A stretch of DNA of 63,313 nucleotides, the filler included, from Folioceros fuciformis (lineage: Eukaryota): the NCBI GenBank assembly GCA_049999805.1. It is 8 parts of 7 records of this genome, joined end to end, with 100 filler letters (N's around TTAATTAATTAA, not from the genome) between each part and the next. Parts side by side here need not be neighbours in the genome. Positions count along the whole stretch, not along the records: positions 1 to 10,881 come from JBNGIO010005346.1; positions 10,982 to 13,639 come from JBNGIO010005348.1; positions 13,740 to 25,855 come from JBNGIO010005349.1; 5 more parts are not named here. One strand, given 5' to 3'. Position numbers and translations under genes: made by a program. The notes under the pieces were generated by a model. That model saw only the letters and a program-made list of their open reading frames with translations, did no database searches and had not been told where the DNA came from. Below, piece after piece: positions 9,791 to 23,338 of the stretch (position 1 is the first letter of the stretch; every line of letters begins with the position of its first letter).

Positions 9791-10881
9791 ATGTGCCTTA
9801 GCGCAGGTCAAGGGCCTTCCCTTAGGGTGCAGGCCTTGGCGCATGCCAAGGCTAGCCATTCATCATGGCACCTAATTCTGGACACTTGGAGGCTACTAGT
9901 CTCATTCAAAAGGTTATATGAATTTTTGGCTGCGGACTCTAATCCTCTTGCTAAAGGCAAGAAAAACAAGGCGAAACTGGCCTTGGAGAATGCAGTGGAG
10001 TCACTAACAAGGGAGGCCAATCTTTTGGAAGCTATCCAACAAGAGGTGCTTTTAGTTAATGAAAAACTCAAACAAGTTATTTGGTCCTCTTCTAATGAAG
10101 TCAAATCTGAGTTCAAGGTTTCTCGCCCTTCCTCTTATGCTGTTGCGGTCCACTCTCACGGTGGCAGTCCTTCCCCCCAAGGCCGACCCCAACTATGGAG
10201 GAGCGACTGTTTGTCAGATTCAAGGACGGGGACTATCCCCAGGATTTATCACATGCGGCCTTGAAGGGTAAACTTAATGGGGCTCTCCTGCCAGCAGATG
10301 CTGGGCCACTCAAAATTCAAGCAGTTCAAAAGTTTCGCACGTCACTTGTATTTTTGTGGAGTCGGAGGCCGTGCGTGATACAATAATTGCGACAGCTCTT
10401 GTTTGGGGTCCAATGGCTTTTTCATCCTTCTCTGACGTCTCAACTCCACGTATTCGTCACCAAATTCTAGTTCATGATGTCCCTGTCAGCTTATCAATGG
10501 TGGAATTCAAGGAAGAAGTTCTCGAAGATAATTTCATCACCTTCGAGGATGAGCCTCGCTGGCTCCTTCTGAATCTTTCTACCAAGCAGCATTCTTCAGT
10601 TTTGGTATCCCTTCCCGTCGATGATTCTACATCTGCAATTCTTCGGCGTGGCCTTGCTTTGTAGGGGTGCATGCTGTAGGTGACTCCTTTTGTCCCCAAT
10701 GCCCGCGCTACTCAATGCTTCAGGTGTCAACGTTTTGGACACACTCAGACCTTTTGCAGGAGCGCGGAGCGATGCTTGAACTGTGGTGGGCCTCATCTAG
10801 CTTCGGACTGTAAGGTGGCAACCTCTCTTTGCTGCAACTGCCATGGATCTCATCGGGCCACTGACCCTTCATGCCCTACTC
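9791..10881 (+). mobile_element. Degenerate non-LTR retrotransposon (LINE) ORF1 with three zinc knuckles, cut by contig end
   Basis: A coiled-coil N-part, then ILVHDVP..RWL..SSVLV, then QCFRCQRFGHTQTFC / CLNCGGPHLASDC / CCNCHGSHRATDPSCP. It contains in-frame stops and a frameshift. The 5' limit is approximate. Confidence 0.8.
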
Positions 10882-10981
10882 NNNNNNNNNNNNNNNNNNN
10901 NNNNNNNNNNNNNNNNNNNNNNNNNTTAATTAATTAANNNNNNNNNNNNNNNNNNNNNNNNNNNNNNNNNNNNNNNNNNNN
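10882..10981. other. Artificial contig linker (44N-TTAATTAATTAA-44N)
   Basis: An identical 100-bp six-frame-stop spacer also occurs at 13640-13739, 25856-25955, 41298-41397, 45131-45230, 51514-51613 and 61367-61466. Confidence 0.99.
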
Positions 10982-13292
10982 ATTGCCTGATTGTTTTGAG
11001 TAGTGCAGCCCATGACTTGCAGTGCCCTTGAGGTATCGCAAGATCCTCTTAGCCGCTGACCAATGAGGCTGTCCGGGATTAGAGAGAAATTGGGATACAG
11101 CGGAGGTGGCAAAGGCTATATCTGGTCTGGTCCATGAACTCAACCACAATAAGCATCCTACAAGCATCCTATAAGGGACCTTAGCCATCTCGTCTATTTC
11201 TACTTGGCTACTAGGACACTGATCTTAAAGTGAGAGATAGCTGGCTTCTTACCCGTCCAGCGTTCGAAGGGGGTGGAGTCTTCGAAGGCTGATGTGGGAA
11301 TTTGATTTTGAATGTAGGTGGCTGTGTGTACTGCCTCTGCCCAGTACCTCCTTGATAATCCCGATTGATACAGCATGGCTTTAGCTGCTTCTTGTAGATA
11401 TCGATTCTTAGATTCAGCAAGTGGGTTCTGACTGGAGGTGTATGGGACAGTGTTCTGCCTCCCTATACCAAGAGATCTACAGTAGTCCTGGAAGTCAGTG
11501 CTGTTGAACTCCCCTCCTCCGTCACTGCGAAGAGTTTTCACCTTATTCCCAGTTTGCCTTTGTGAGAAATTCACATAATCCATAAATCTCTCAAGTGCCT
11601 CTGATTTGTGGTGCAAGAAATATGTCCTTGTGAAGCGATTGTAGTCGTCCACAACCACCATAAAATACAGTGCGCCTCCAAGTGATTGGATGGACATTGG
11701 CTCGCATAAATTTGTATGCACCACGACAAGGGTTTCCGTGGCTCTATTTTGCTCATGAGGCTTCCTGGCATTCTGCTTGGGGAGTTTTGCATGCACACAT
11801 GTGTCACAAAGCACATCCACTTCGGGGACTGTCCAGGGGACCTCCTCTTGGTATAAATGTTCACCCACCATGCTCTTCATTTTGTTGTAGTTTGGGTGTC
11901 CCAAGCGACAATGCCACAGCAGCTGATTACTATCTACATCTAAGCGCCTGGCCAGATGTGTCCGAGGATGTGAGTTATTCACATGTATTCCAACATAAGT
12001 ACGACAGTTGAGCCTATACAGGTCTGAATCCAATGCTCTGATGGCCATCTCGGCATGAGTTTTGCTATCAACCAGTCTGCACTACTTTTCGTCGAAGCTC
12101 ACTTTGATGCTCCACTCTTGACACACATGTTTAACTGACATGAGGTTTTTCACCATCTGAGGCACGTGAAGGACCTGCTTCAAAGTTTTCAGGGAACCAT
12201 CATGCAGTCAAATTTTGACTGTCCCCACACCGGCTATGCTTAGTCCGCTTTCATCGCCTAACAGGATGAATTGTCTAGGTGGGTAGTGTTGATAGTCGTC
12301 GGAGTTGTCTCGATTATAACATATGTGAGCTGATGCCCTCGAGTCCAGGAACCAGGAGTGCTCATCTGACTTGCCGTGTGCCAGAAACACAGTCAAGATG
12401 ATATTGGAGCTTGATGCCTTTGATTTTGTGACCACGTTAGCTTCAGGAGATCCAAATTTCCGTGGCTCACCGGCTGCCTTCTTGTGGCAGTCTGCCTCTA
12501 TATGGCCTAGATTCCTACACTAGTTGCAAGTGAGCTTTCGGTGATTCGGATTGGGTGGAGTTCTCATGCCCACATTCTTAGGCCTCCCTTGCCACCCAAA
12601 TCGGTTAGGGAAGCGACCTCCTCGGCCACCTCTGGTTCCTCTTCCATCGTAGAGTACGTGACCATGAGAGGACTGACCATGTCCTCGGTTTGATCTCATC
12701 GCAGCCTCTTCTTCAAGCAAAGCTTCGATGGTGTTGGAGAGGTAACAGTTGCTGCTGTAGTCGTGCGGAGGGTACGGTTTTGAGTACTGACGAACACTCT
12801 GTACTTGTCTGGCAGTGACATCAAGAGTGCAATGGAGGCCTGGAGCTCAGAGACCTTCGTCCCCACTGCAGCTAGCTTCTGCCTCAAATGTCTGAAGTGC
12901 ATAACGTGCTCTTCAACCGTCTCCGAGTCCTTCATCTTGCAATTCCAAAACGAGCGTGTGGCATGAACAAGTGATGATTGATTGGTTGTGGCAAACATCT
13001 GCGATAGGGCTGTCCATGCCAGATGTGCCGAAACAGCATCTTCAATGTGGTGAATCATGTTGTTGTCAATGGTGAGTTCCAGGATAGCCCTGGCCTTCAA
13101 ATCCTTCTTGTTCCATGCCGTAATATCTGCAGCCACAGCGTTTGGGCTTGGTTGAGGAGCAGAGCCATCCACCACCTCCCACAAGTCCTCGATCATGAGG
13201 AGGGTCTTAACCCTATGAGCCCAAACGTAATTGGAGCCAAAAAAACGGTCCTTGTCTTTAAAATCCAGCCTCATCGATGTTGCCATAGCCAT
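10982..13292 (-). mobile_element. Degenerate Ty1/copia retrotransposon (gag, zinc knuckle, protease, integrase, RT C-terminus) with an internal deletion
   Basis: gag NYVWAHRVKTLL..DLWEVVDG, protease WFLDSRASAHI, LWHCRLGHPN, integrase KVKTLRSDGGGEF..WAEAVHTATY. It then runs directly into VPYRMLVGCLLWL..TRPDIAFA..HWSAAKRILRYLKGT. Confidence 0.93.
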
Positions 13293-14492
13293 TTGAGTCC
13301 TCCGATGATAAGCTGCTGACTCTGCCCTGGCAATGATATCGCCCGGCCCCCTTTAATTCTTCAGTGGAGGTGGCTCGCTTAAGTGGCATTCTGGGCATGC
13401 CACATCATTTGGCTTGTGTGTAGCTTCACAGTTTGAGTGGCTCTCAACATTGATGGACGATTATATCACCAATGCCATGTTGAGAATAACTTGCAGCCTC
13501 ACAAACTCTCTCTCCAAGCTGTGCTCCAGAAACGTGATGTGATTGTGCACCCCCTTGATCAATGGACGCACCTGGTCTAGGGAATCTGAATTCGCTCTAG
13601 TGCTTAGGTGTCCCAGTTGTTTACAGCGTGCACAGAAGANNNNNNNNNNNNNNNNNNNNNNNNNNNNNNNNNNNNNNNNNNNNTTAATTAATTAANNNNN
13701 NNNNNNNNNNNNNNNNNNNNNNNNNNNNNNNNNNNNNNNTACTTCATTCGCTTACGTACCGACTTCCAGCTGTTACTGACAGACCTGGATCCACATCATT
13801 GTGCATAGTCAGTTCAAAGACCGCTCTACCTTTGCCTTTCTCTCTCCGACTCGCCGGCCAGAAAGCTGAGCTATGGCTGCCTTTTTCTTGNNNNNNNNNN
13901 ATTTCCTTCTCTGGTTACCGGGTTGCACACTGCTGCACCAACCCGCTGGAAGGCATGCGTAGCACATGGAAACGGAATGGGTCAGCCGGATTATAAAGCG
14001 GTGCCAGAGTTCAATTGCAGCAACAGCAACTTCATTGAGCACATTTACTATCGATATTATGATCGACGAATACACTGTCACAATGCTCACTGTTGAAATA
14101 CATGGTTACAATGGTAGGCAGCAAGAATACGGGACCCGTTCGTGTTCACGGCGGAAACCTTCACCCGGGAGCCGTGACTCCCTCCAAGTTGGAATGCCTC
14201 CCAAGCTGTATGCTGAGGTAAAAGGCGCTCTGCTGCCACGCCATTTGCTTTTAAAGGACCAACAGACGTACCTCGCGGGCAGCGGGCGGAAACCTGCCTC
14301 ATCTCTTGCCTGGGAGAGCCACTCTAGGCTATGACAAGCCTTCACAAAATCGGTTGTGCGCCCAACATACAGAGGGCACACCTCTCCCGAGTCCCGGAAA
14401 CGATTCCATAAATGCTACATCCTGTCAGTTACCTGACGGGAGCAAGAATACCGCCATCCGTCCAACGAGAAGACCGAGAGTCAGGTACAACA

Positions 14493-17400
14493 TCAGTCCA
14501 ACGGCTTCTTCTTCTTCTTCTTCGTCTTCTTCTCGCCACTCTCCGACCCGTTTATTGCGTCAACTGTCGTTCCTTCAACCGTAACGCCAACTTTGCGCTT
14601 TTTCGTCGTCACCTTTGCTGTGGCTGATTGATCAGTCTTTACTTTCTTTCCCTGCGGTAGTTAAGGAAACTCACACTATTTAGTTCTGCTTTCTAACGGG
14701 GAGAAGAACTGAAATAACGATCAAGTTCTCATGAATGAAAACAGCGACAACAGCAACAAGAGGTCAGACAACCACCTTCACAGGCTGCTCTTCGTCTACA
14801 ACTGGTGGCGTTGGAGTTGCCAACGCAGTGTCTGCAATAGCTGCCTTCTCTTTCTTCTTCTGGAGACATGTGAAGTACATACTTCATTAGAACACGTAAG
14901 ACATGAGTAGAGCATATACGGGGTTAGAAAGGAGACAGCAACCGAGAAAGAACCTTAGGTTGCTCCTCAGCCGCTGTTGTCACCACAACCTCTTCTATTT
15001 TGAGTTTCTTCTTCTTCTTCGGAGGTTCTTCCGGAGCTCGTTCAATAGCTGTTACTGGAGCGGCTGCTGGTTCTTCAGCTTCAGGCTTCTTCTTCCTCTT
15101 CTTTTCTTGACCACTTGCTGTCTCCAAAGGCTGAGGTAGCCCCAAAGTGGAGTCGGTTGCTGGGTTGTATGACTGGACAACGACATGATATTGGGTTAGC
15201 CACACCACAACGAAGTTGCACTCAATAGTGCCACACCTAGTGAACACTACTAGTACATGGATAGCCCACATCAAGATCAAAGCAACAGCGGCGTATGCGC
15301 TCCCAACTAAACGAACACTGTCAGCCTTTGCCTCAAGTTTTCTCACAACCTGCACAAGCGAGCTTAAACACAAATTTACCTTGGCAGCGGTTATCAGGCC
15401 CGGAGCACCCTTCTTTCGGTCCTTGTCATATGCCTCAGTCTTGGAATTTGCCGTGGAGACCCCACTTAACTTCTTCAGGGCTCTTCCCTCTAAATTCCTT
15501 AGACGAGCCTCCAACTGGTGCCAGACACAAAGGAATTACAACCTTGGGACCCTAATGCAAGTTCCAAAGATGGAACAGTCTGTCAACCCCGCAACCCAGT
15601 CTCATCCAAACAGAGTTGCAATAAGAGAGCACAAACCTTGACCCGATCTTCAAGAGCAATGGTGGGGTTCGCATCATCTCCCAAAGCATCAAGACGGGTT
15701 GACAGGGCAGATTTAGCAGCAAGGATGCGAGCAATTTTCCCTTTGAACTTCGCGGGAGCCTGCCCGATTAGTGAGCAATTATAGATCAACCCATATTTCG
15801 GAGTATTCCGCTTTGACTTTAGAGCCCTGAAGAGAGCCTGCATTACAGAAAGCATAAAGGTAGGTCAAGACGAACATCTCGATAACCATGAGACCACAAG
15901 CGCAGCAGGCGATCCTATCACCCTGGGCAAACCGCAACACACCTTTTCCGCACCCAAGATCTGCAAGGTACTGGCTGGCTGCTTGGCAAGGCTGATAAGA
16001 CTGCCAGCGTGTGCAATCAACCGGGCACCAACCAGCTCTCCCACCATTACAGTTAAATTAGGTGCAATGGTGTTCATTCTGGCTCGCAAGTAATCATACA
16101 ACTGGCCGCGGTATTCTGCAAGGGCTATCACTTGGTCACAAAGAGCTTTGATACTTAACATATCTTGGTCACTGACTTCTGTGCCCATGGAGACGTTGGC
16201 AGCTTCCTTCATTTCCGCCTCAACCTCCTCCTCCAAAATCTGCAAAGCAAACACATGATTGAATCAACTTCAACTGGCCAGCAACCAAGTCCGTTGAATC
16301 AATTTCTAGCGAACGGCGATCACGTACGACACAATAGGGGCAGTTCTTACTCCGGAGAAGTCAATTTCGCCCACTCTCTCTCTAATACCCATCAAGTTCA
16401 CTACTTTTGCATACTTAATGTTATCCTGAACAATCTTTCCGAGCTCTGGAAAGTGCCACCCGTACCATTCCCGAACACGCATAGCATATGTGTTCAATTC
16501 CTTATCCAAATCATCTAGAAGCCCAATAGCCTGGACAATCATGGTGTCCACCTGAAACGCCATAACACAACAGCAAAGACAACTCAGCTTCAACGTTTCT
16601 CTCCAACGAACGAGAAACATCAAAAAAGACACGACAGTTAAAAGGAACACTGATCCTAGCATTGCCACCAAACCTAATCGCTAAAAGGTCATCCCAGGTA
16701 CTCACCTTGTCAGGACTAAATTTCAGTTTGTATCTGGACAGACTGTGTGAAAGACCCAGACTCATGGCACCCAAGTCTTGTCCTGCAAGTCCACTTATCA
16801 GCTCAGCTAGCTGAGAGCGGATTCCTCTCATGAGCTCCAAGATTGCGCTGTTATAGATACAGTTGATGCTCTGTAACAATCAAACCATAAGCAGGTCCGT
16901 CCTGAGGATTACGACCATGTTCTCACTAAACTAAACTGCATCAACTGACGCGAGAACGCAAATTTATCTTACTAGTTTGTCGCTGACGATTTTGCCCAGT
17001 TTTGAATCGGCAATAGCGAGTGTCTCTCCCTGCACTTCCTTCTTCAAAAATTTCTTGAGGCCCTTCGACAGCTTGCTGTCCACAATGGCGGTGGCTGCCC
17101 CAAGTGCCTCTGCAGTATTTGCAAACTTTTGAAAAGCCTTCAACTTGACAGCCTGCGGTGGAAGGAGCACAGTGAGCATAAAGCCCAGATTCCCCGCCGT
17201 CAGTCAGCAATTGGCATCCACTTCCACAAATTGACACAACACTCATTCTTTCCCACATCCAGTACCAACCACATCCAGCATGGACCACAGCCAGTTCCAG
17301 CTTGCCCTAGGACGTCTACTCACCTTCCTCGCGGCGTCTGGAGTCTCGAACTCCTTCCATATATCCTGCACAGAACCANNNNNNNNNNNNNNNNNNNNNN

Positions 17401-17544
17401 NNNNNNNNNNNNNNNNNNNNNNNNNNNNNNNNNNNNNNNNNNNNNNNNNNNNNNNNNNNNNNNNNNNNNNNNNNNNNNCAGCTTCCGCTCATCCAACACC
17501 TTGAACAGGGCGAACCCCGCCGATGTCTCGAACAACGCCAACAT
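14493..17544 (-). CDS. NOP58: Nucleolar protein 58 (box C/D snoRNP core), multi-exon; contains a 100-N gap
   Basis: [96 protein letters not shown] and a Lys-rich tail ending KKKKKKPLD*. Confidence 0.95.
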
Positions 17545-17670
17545 GGTGGCGTTCGCTCGCCGTGGCAATCACTGCGTAACGGTCTTTGCGAGTCCCTGGT
17601 CTCGGTCTCGCTCAGTCTCTCAAGCGGCGGGCGGGACAACGTATCCCAACTCCCACCACCTTTCAAGGTT

Positions 17671-17678
17671 TAGGGTTT
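17671..17678 (-). promoter_or_regulatory. Telo-box (AAACCCTA) upstream of NOP58
   Basis: TAGGGTTT lies ~130 bp upstream of the NOP58 ATG. Telo-boxes are established in plant ribosome-biogenesis promoters. Confidence 0.6.
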
Positions 17679-18392
17679 AACCCTCTATATCACCGGGTCT
17701 GCCAATATCCTCTACAGTTGCTAACCTTCGTCCGTGTCCCACGGGTACATATGTATATACATATATATATACAGGTCGTGACGGGCAAAGGTTTGCACCT
17801 TGTTAACTTCTATTCTCCATACTACTGAAATTCCTTTTTTTAAGTAATAAAAATAAACAGAAAAAATAGTTTTTATACATACAGTACTTACTCCACTTTG
17901 GTCAGAATCTTGGTATCAACGGGCTTCTGTATTTCGGAGATCGGTATCTAGGGTGTCAAGATCGGCATCTAACTTCAATTAACCATTAAATTTCGTACTG
18001 CACATGGTCCCATATTTTTAACCTAATGATCGTATCAATAATGTGCAGCCATCCATGAGGCTTTACGCCAACACTCCACACTGCTGCAAAGATTGAAGAA
18101 AGTAAATGCTGCTCCATGCCCATGGAGTGGCCTCCTCCTTTGTCCATGGAACAAACTATCAAACAATGTGTCGCAGAACTGGAGACTACCAAAGGACTTG
18201 GAGGTACGTGGGGTTAGAAAAAGTAAGCCATGGGCCACTTTGTAGGTCTAGGTTTTGTTTGCCTATGTGTTCATGCAAGTGTTGGAGGAACCAGTCTATT
18301 AGGAACATGGTTCTCGTTGAGCTTCATTTGGTTGTTTCCCTAATCCTATAACTTCTAGTCATGTTAACAACCTTGGAATTGTGGCAACTATC

Positions 18393-18534
18393 CTTACCTT
18401 TGCTTTGTGCAACACATTATGCTTTCCTTTGCTTTGTGCAACACATTATGCTTACCTTTGCTTTGTGCAACACATTATGCTTACCTTTGCTCTATGCAAT
18501 ACATTATGCTTACCTTTGCTTTGTGCAACACATT
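18393..18534. repeat. 29-bp tandem repeat (~5 copies) in the NOP58/UBP6 divergent intergenic region
   Basis: Unit CTTACCTTTGCTTTGTGCAACACATTATG. A further ~54-bp duplication follows at ~18614-18713. Confidence 0.9.
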
Positions 18535-19665
18535 CCAAACCCATCACAGAATTGGTATGAATTGATCAAATGCAGACTGTACGTGGGAGCTATTGTGCAA
18601 AGACCCTATGATACACATCCTCGGTGTACTAACTGGTTTAGGGTGCACCACTAATTGCACGAGAATGCACATCCTTGGTGCACTAACTGGTTTAGGGTGC
18701 ACCACTAACTGCATGATAATATTGCAAGGTGCAACCCTAAACCCAGAAGTGCGCAAACTTATGGAATCATGGAAGCTAGTCACATAGATCCTTATGGATA
18801 AGTACAAAGGATCCTTGGTCACAACCTCAATGTAAAGTTTCCATTCGTTCCTACATGGATGCAAAGCATACTTGGGCATAGGATGTAGGTGCTTAGTCTC
18901 CATCACTTAGCTATAGTGTGAAGTGCCCTATGGGGTGAAGTGTGCAACCATGCCAAACCTAGTAGAACCATGGTTTCCTACATGATGTGGGGAGAAAAAT
19001 AACATCATCAAGCTTGGGGACCAAGAAGACAGAATGTCACGGATCACAAAAGAATGTTCATTGTTCTTGATCGGTTCACATGGTTAGCAATGACAGAAGA
19101 GAAAAAAAGTCCATAGTGTAGGGCAATACAATAGATGATATTGAACCCTAAAATCAATATGTATATGAAGATATGCTATAGAAGATTCATGTACAATCTA
19201 CTATGGTCTCATATCCATTTCGATATTCCATATTCATCTACCTAATGACTATATTTTTTAAAAAATTAATTAATTATTTTTCTCATTTCATGATTTATTA
19301 ATGATTCATTTCACCGGTTAGTAATCATCTACCTTCCACGGTATGAGTTATCTAATAGCTCCAAAAACGTTTAGTTTAATTTGCGCAATTCATGGTTCAT
19401 TCATGATTTCTTGTTTTTTTTAATATTATATATATCATTGATATATACTTTATTATTTTTTGTATTAGTAAGTATAGTACGATATGTGATGGCAGCGCAC
19501 TGGGTTAATAATTAATATGCTCATTCAAAACGCAGAAACATACACGTATTCACATCTCACCGGGTTTAATACATTAAAGGGTTCGACGACAGCGGAGGGA
19601 GGAACCTGATCTGCCCTACACCCTACGGTATTGTAACCGGTGAACAAGCAAGGGTATTTGTCTTC

Positions 19666-19673
19666 TAGGGTTT
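19666..19673 (+). promoter_or_regulatory. Telo-box upstream of UBP6
   Basis: TAGGGTTT lies ~150 bp upstream of the UBP6 ATG. Confidence 0.45.
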
Positions 19674-19821
19674 TGAGTGCGTCGGGTACGAAATTTGGTC
19701 TTCTAGCGTTAACATATAAAAGGAAGGGGCTGGGATTCGTAGCAGCTCAGTACCGTTGGGCTTCGCGGCAGCGCGCGAACTGCACTAGACTCTGGGCGAC
19801 TGTTGGATTATAGCAGCTAAG

Positions 19822-22800
19822 ATGCCGACAGGTGAGTTTGGAATGCTTCCAGTGGGATAGGATGACAATTGCAGTGAGCTGGATGAAGACTGTCGGAGCA
19901 AGTCTGTTGTTTGAATTGCGCACCTGCTTAGATGGGTTTTTTTTAAGGGATGCGAACAGATTGCGCTGTATCGTAAGGAGCACTCGTATGGGCAGAATGC
20001 ACGATTCGAACGTCCTTCATTGTTCCAGAGCATAATTTTGACTGTCTGCCAATTTTCTGTTTTAGGGTTGGGCTCGCTTCGGATGCTTTGAATTTGAACT
20101 TGCTGTAATTTGATGTGAATTGATTGTTCGTGGATCAGTTAGTGTAAAATGGCAGAAGGCGACATTCCCTGCCGTGGAGGTGGACACAGAGCAGCCACCG
20201 TATGTGTTCAAGTGTCAGTTATATGACCTCACGGGAGTTCCCCCCGACAGGCAGAAAATCATGATCAAGGGTTCTCTTCTGAAGGTCTGTGCCGAGGCTT
20301 TTTCGTTCTAGGACTGGTACGATTTCGGGCATTTGTGTTTCCATGAATAGCGGACTACACTGAGGCTTCGCACTACTGTGGCAGGATGATGGGGACTGGA
20401 GCACGCTGGGTTTGAAGCAGGTATATTGCACAGATTCGACTGCTTACTTAATGTATCATTTTTGGAGACTTCGGCTGTCTGATGCTGCCAATTTTGCATG
20501 GTCGCAAACAGGGTCAGAAGCTTATGATGATGGGTACAGCAGATGAGATCCCTAGAGCACCTGAGAAGAGTCCTGTATTTGTGGAGGATCTTCCTGAAGA
20601 AGAGCAAAGTGTTGCCAGTCTAGTATGTGCTTGACTCGCTTTGTCATCCCCGTATTTGAATGTTTCATCTTTCCACCAATGCTGTCTGGAATTTCGTTTC
20701 AACCCAATCGTTTCATGGGGATGAAACACCCGGTTTTGTCGATTGCCAGGAGCAAACTTGGTGGCCAGTGAAAAGAGGCCGTCGCTTACACTTGTGCTGT
20801 GCTGTTTTTGCATGATTCGGGTTTACAGGGATACACTGCAGGGTTGGTGAATTTGCAGAACACTTGTTACATGAACTCTACTGTCCAGTGTCTACATTCT
20901 GTACCAGAACTTAAGGCCGCCCTGCAGAAGTGGGTTCCTCCCCCGGAGTTGCTTCCTCTTGCTTGTCACGATTTTGTAGGGAAATTGATCTTAGAAAAGC
21001 CATTGGGCACTGACTGGGCAAGGAACTTTTTTGCAGGTATACCGTCTCTGGATCTTTTGCAGTCCTGAATCCGCAATCACACTCCCTTACTGTGGCGACT
21101 AGGGACTTGTTTAACGAGCTTGACCGAAGTCGTCGCCCTGTAGCTCCTGATCGATTCCTCCAGGTCTTGTTCAATTTCATGTTCGTTTCAAATTACTTCT
21201 GCTGTTTCTAGCGAGTGGCATGATGCATTCTAACACCTTGTTCTGGTTCTCAGGCATTGCGAAGCATTGCTCCTCAGTTTGCTGAAACATCTCAAGGGCT
21301 GTACATGCAGCAGGTGCGTTTTTTCTGTGGGTGGTAGCTGTTGTGGCAGAGTATTTGTTGGGGTCATGTGTCCATTCATCTTTGGAAACTGATCCATCCT
21401 TTTGACTGCCTATGTCAGGATGCTGAGGAATGCTGGAACCATTTGGTTACCGGCTTGAACATGGCTCTCAAGGATGAGTCTGAAAAAAGGTTGCTCTGAC
21501 TCTCGTTGGATCTTTGGCTGTTCGTTGCTTTTAGCAGCATCCGCAAGTTCACTGTCGTGAACAGTATTTTTGAACCTGATCAAGCATTTTTGCAGACCTT
21601 CAGTTCCTGTGGTGAAACAGCTCTTCGAAATTCAATTCACAAACGTGTGCGTGTGCTTTCATCTCCTTGTTCCTTGTGCTTTGAGTCTTTCTGACCAACA
21701 AGCGGAACTTGATTGGAGATTTAGATCCTGATAACGTCCTGCCTGACACTCTTGGGTAAATTGACTCCCTGGAACTGTACCTGTTGCAGCTGGACGTGTG
21801 AAGAGAGCCGGGAGGAAAGTACAGAATCCGAGACGGTCTTCACACTGAAGTGTCACATCACTCAGGACGTTAACCATTTGCATGATGGTTTAAAGCAGGT
21901 ACTCTTAAGACATAGCAGATTCGCTCGTGTCACAAGCAGACAGTTTTTGGCCCTCTGCCTGAGCCTGTATTGAGTGGCAGGGGTTGAAATCAGAGCTGGA
22001 GAAGACATCGCCGCTCTTGGGTCGGAGTGCAGTTTTTGTCAAACAGCAATATATCAGCGTATTACCACCGTAATCTTTTCTTACCATGTCGTTTGGCAAG
22101 TTTACGCATCTGGTCAGGAGCCAGTGTATTATATTCATCGTGCTTCACCTGAATTATGCTCGTTCCTCTTTCCAATCAGGTACCTTACAGTTCAGTTTGT
22201 GAGGTTCTTTTGGAAGAACAATTCGAAGCAGAAGGCAAAGATCTTGCGGGTAGTGCATCTTGTGGTGTGGTGGTCATCCATGTGAATGTGTGTCGCCATC
22301 CGGTGTTGCTTTTATTAAGCTGGAGGCATGTTCCTGTGGTGCTCAGAAAGTGGATTTCCCACTAGTTTTGGACGTTTTCGATTTCTGCACCGACGAGCTG
22401 AAAACGAAGTTGAAGGAGCCCAGAGAGGTACGCGGTGACGGGTCGTCGGTTGCTTTGATATTTTGGGTCCTGAGTAGCTCGCGGCCTTCGCCTACATCTC
22501 GTGCTCGTGGTTTCAGGCACTACGCAGGGCAGAAGATGTCCAGGCTGGCCTCTCAGCAAGAGGTTCTGCGACTGAGACTAACCAAGGCTCCTCTGAGAAC
22601 CAACGTGTGAAGGGGAAAGAGACGGCAGAGGTGAGGGATGGATGTTTCGCTGCTCCTCCTTTGCGGGGTTTGCCTGTTGGCGGATGAGGGGAAAGATGAT
22701 GTCACCGCATTCTGACACACAGCTGGTACCACTTTTCAGCCATGGGGACAAACGACGGCCCCGTCTTCATCCGGGAATTTGGTGGACGGAGGTCTGTGTC

Positions 22801-23338
22801 CGAGCTTGCATGCACAGTGTCAATTCGTACAGCTACAAAGCCGCCAGAAATCCCTCAAGAGTGCAAAATACATGTTACTCTCGTCTTGTTTGCAGGCAGC
22901 TCGCGGCTGACAGGGATTTACGACTTGATTACGGTGTTGACCCACAAGGGCCGTAGCATCGACTCGGGACATTACGTGGCGTGGGTTAAGCAAGAGAGTG
23001 GTATGTGCAACCTTCCCGGGCACTGGGGGGGTGCCGGACCGGCCTTTGACTTACTTGTGAGCTAACGCGGCCCTGGCCCTGGCCCTGGCCCTGAATCAGG
23101 TGAATGGATCGAGTACGATGACGCTAACCCGATCCCACGAAGGGAAGAGGAGATCACCAAGCTTTCGGGTGGAGGTGCGTCACAGCATCTCAGAGAACAT
23201 GCTTTTTTCTACGGCTCTCCGTTCGCTTTCTTGGTTTCTTTCTAGCTATTGCCTGACATGGAGGTGGCTGTGACAGGAGACTGGCACATGGCCTACATTC
23301 TCATGTACAGAGCTCGAGTAGCTCCAGTGGGGTCATAG
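19822..23338 (+). CDS. UBP6: Proteasome-associated ubiquitin carboxyl-terminal hydrolase 6 (UBP6/USP14), many short exons
   Basis: MPT|VSVKWQK UBL domain (QLYDLTGVPPDRQKIM), Cys box GLVNLQNTCYMNSTVQCL, MQQ|DAEECW, His box LTHKGRSIDSGHYVAWVK, and end GGG|DWHMAYILMY..*. Confidence 0.95.

Noticed and set aside
13740..13870. Possible terminal exon of a plus-strand gene at the contig start
   Set aside because: Too short and not recognisable.
14493..17544. Intronic box C/D snoRNAs in NOP58
   Set aside because: Introns are short, and the longest one I read (~200 bp) has no convincing C/D box pair. An Rfam/snoscan search would be needed to exclude them fully.
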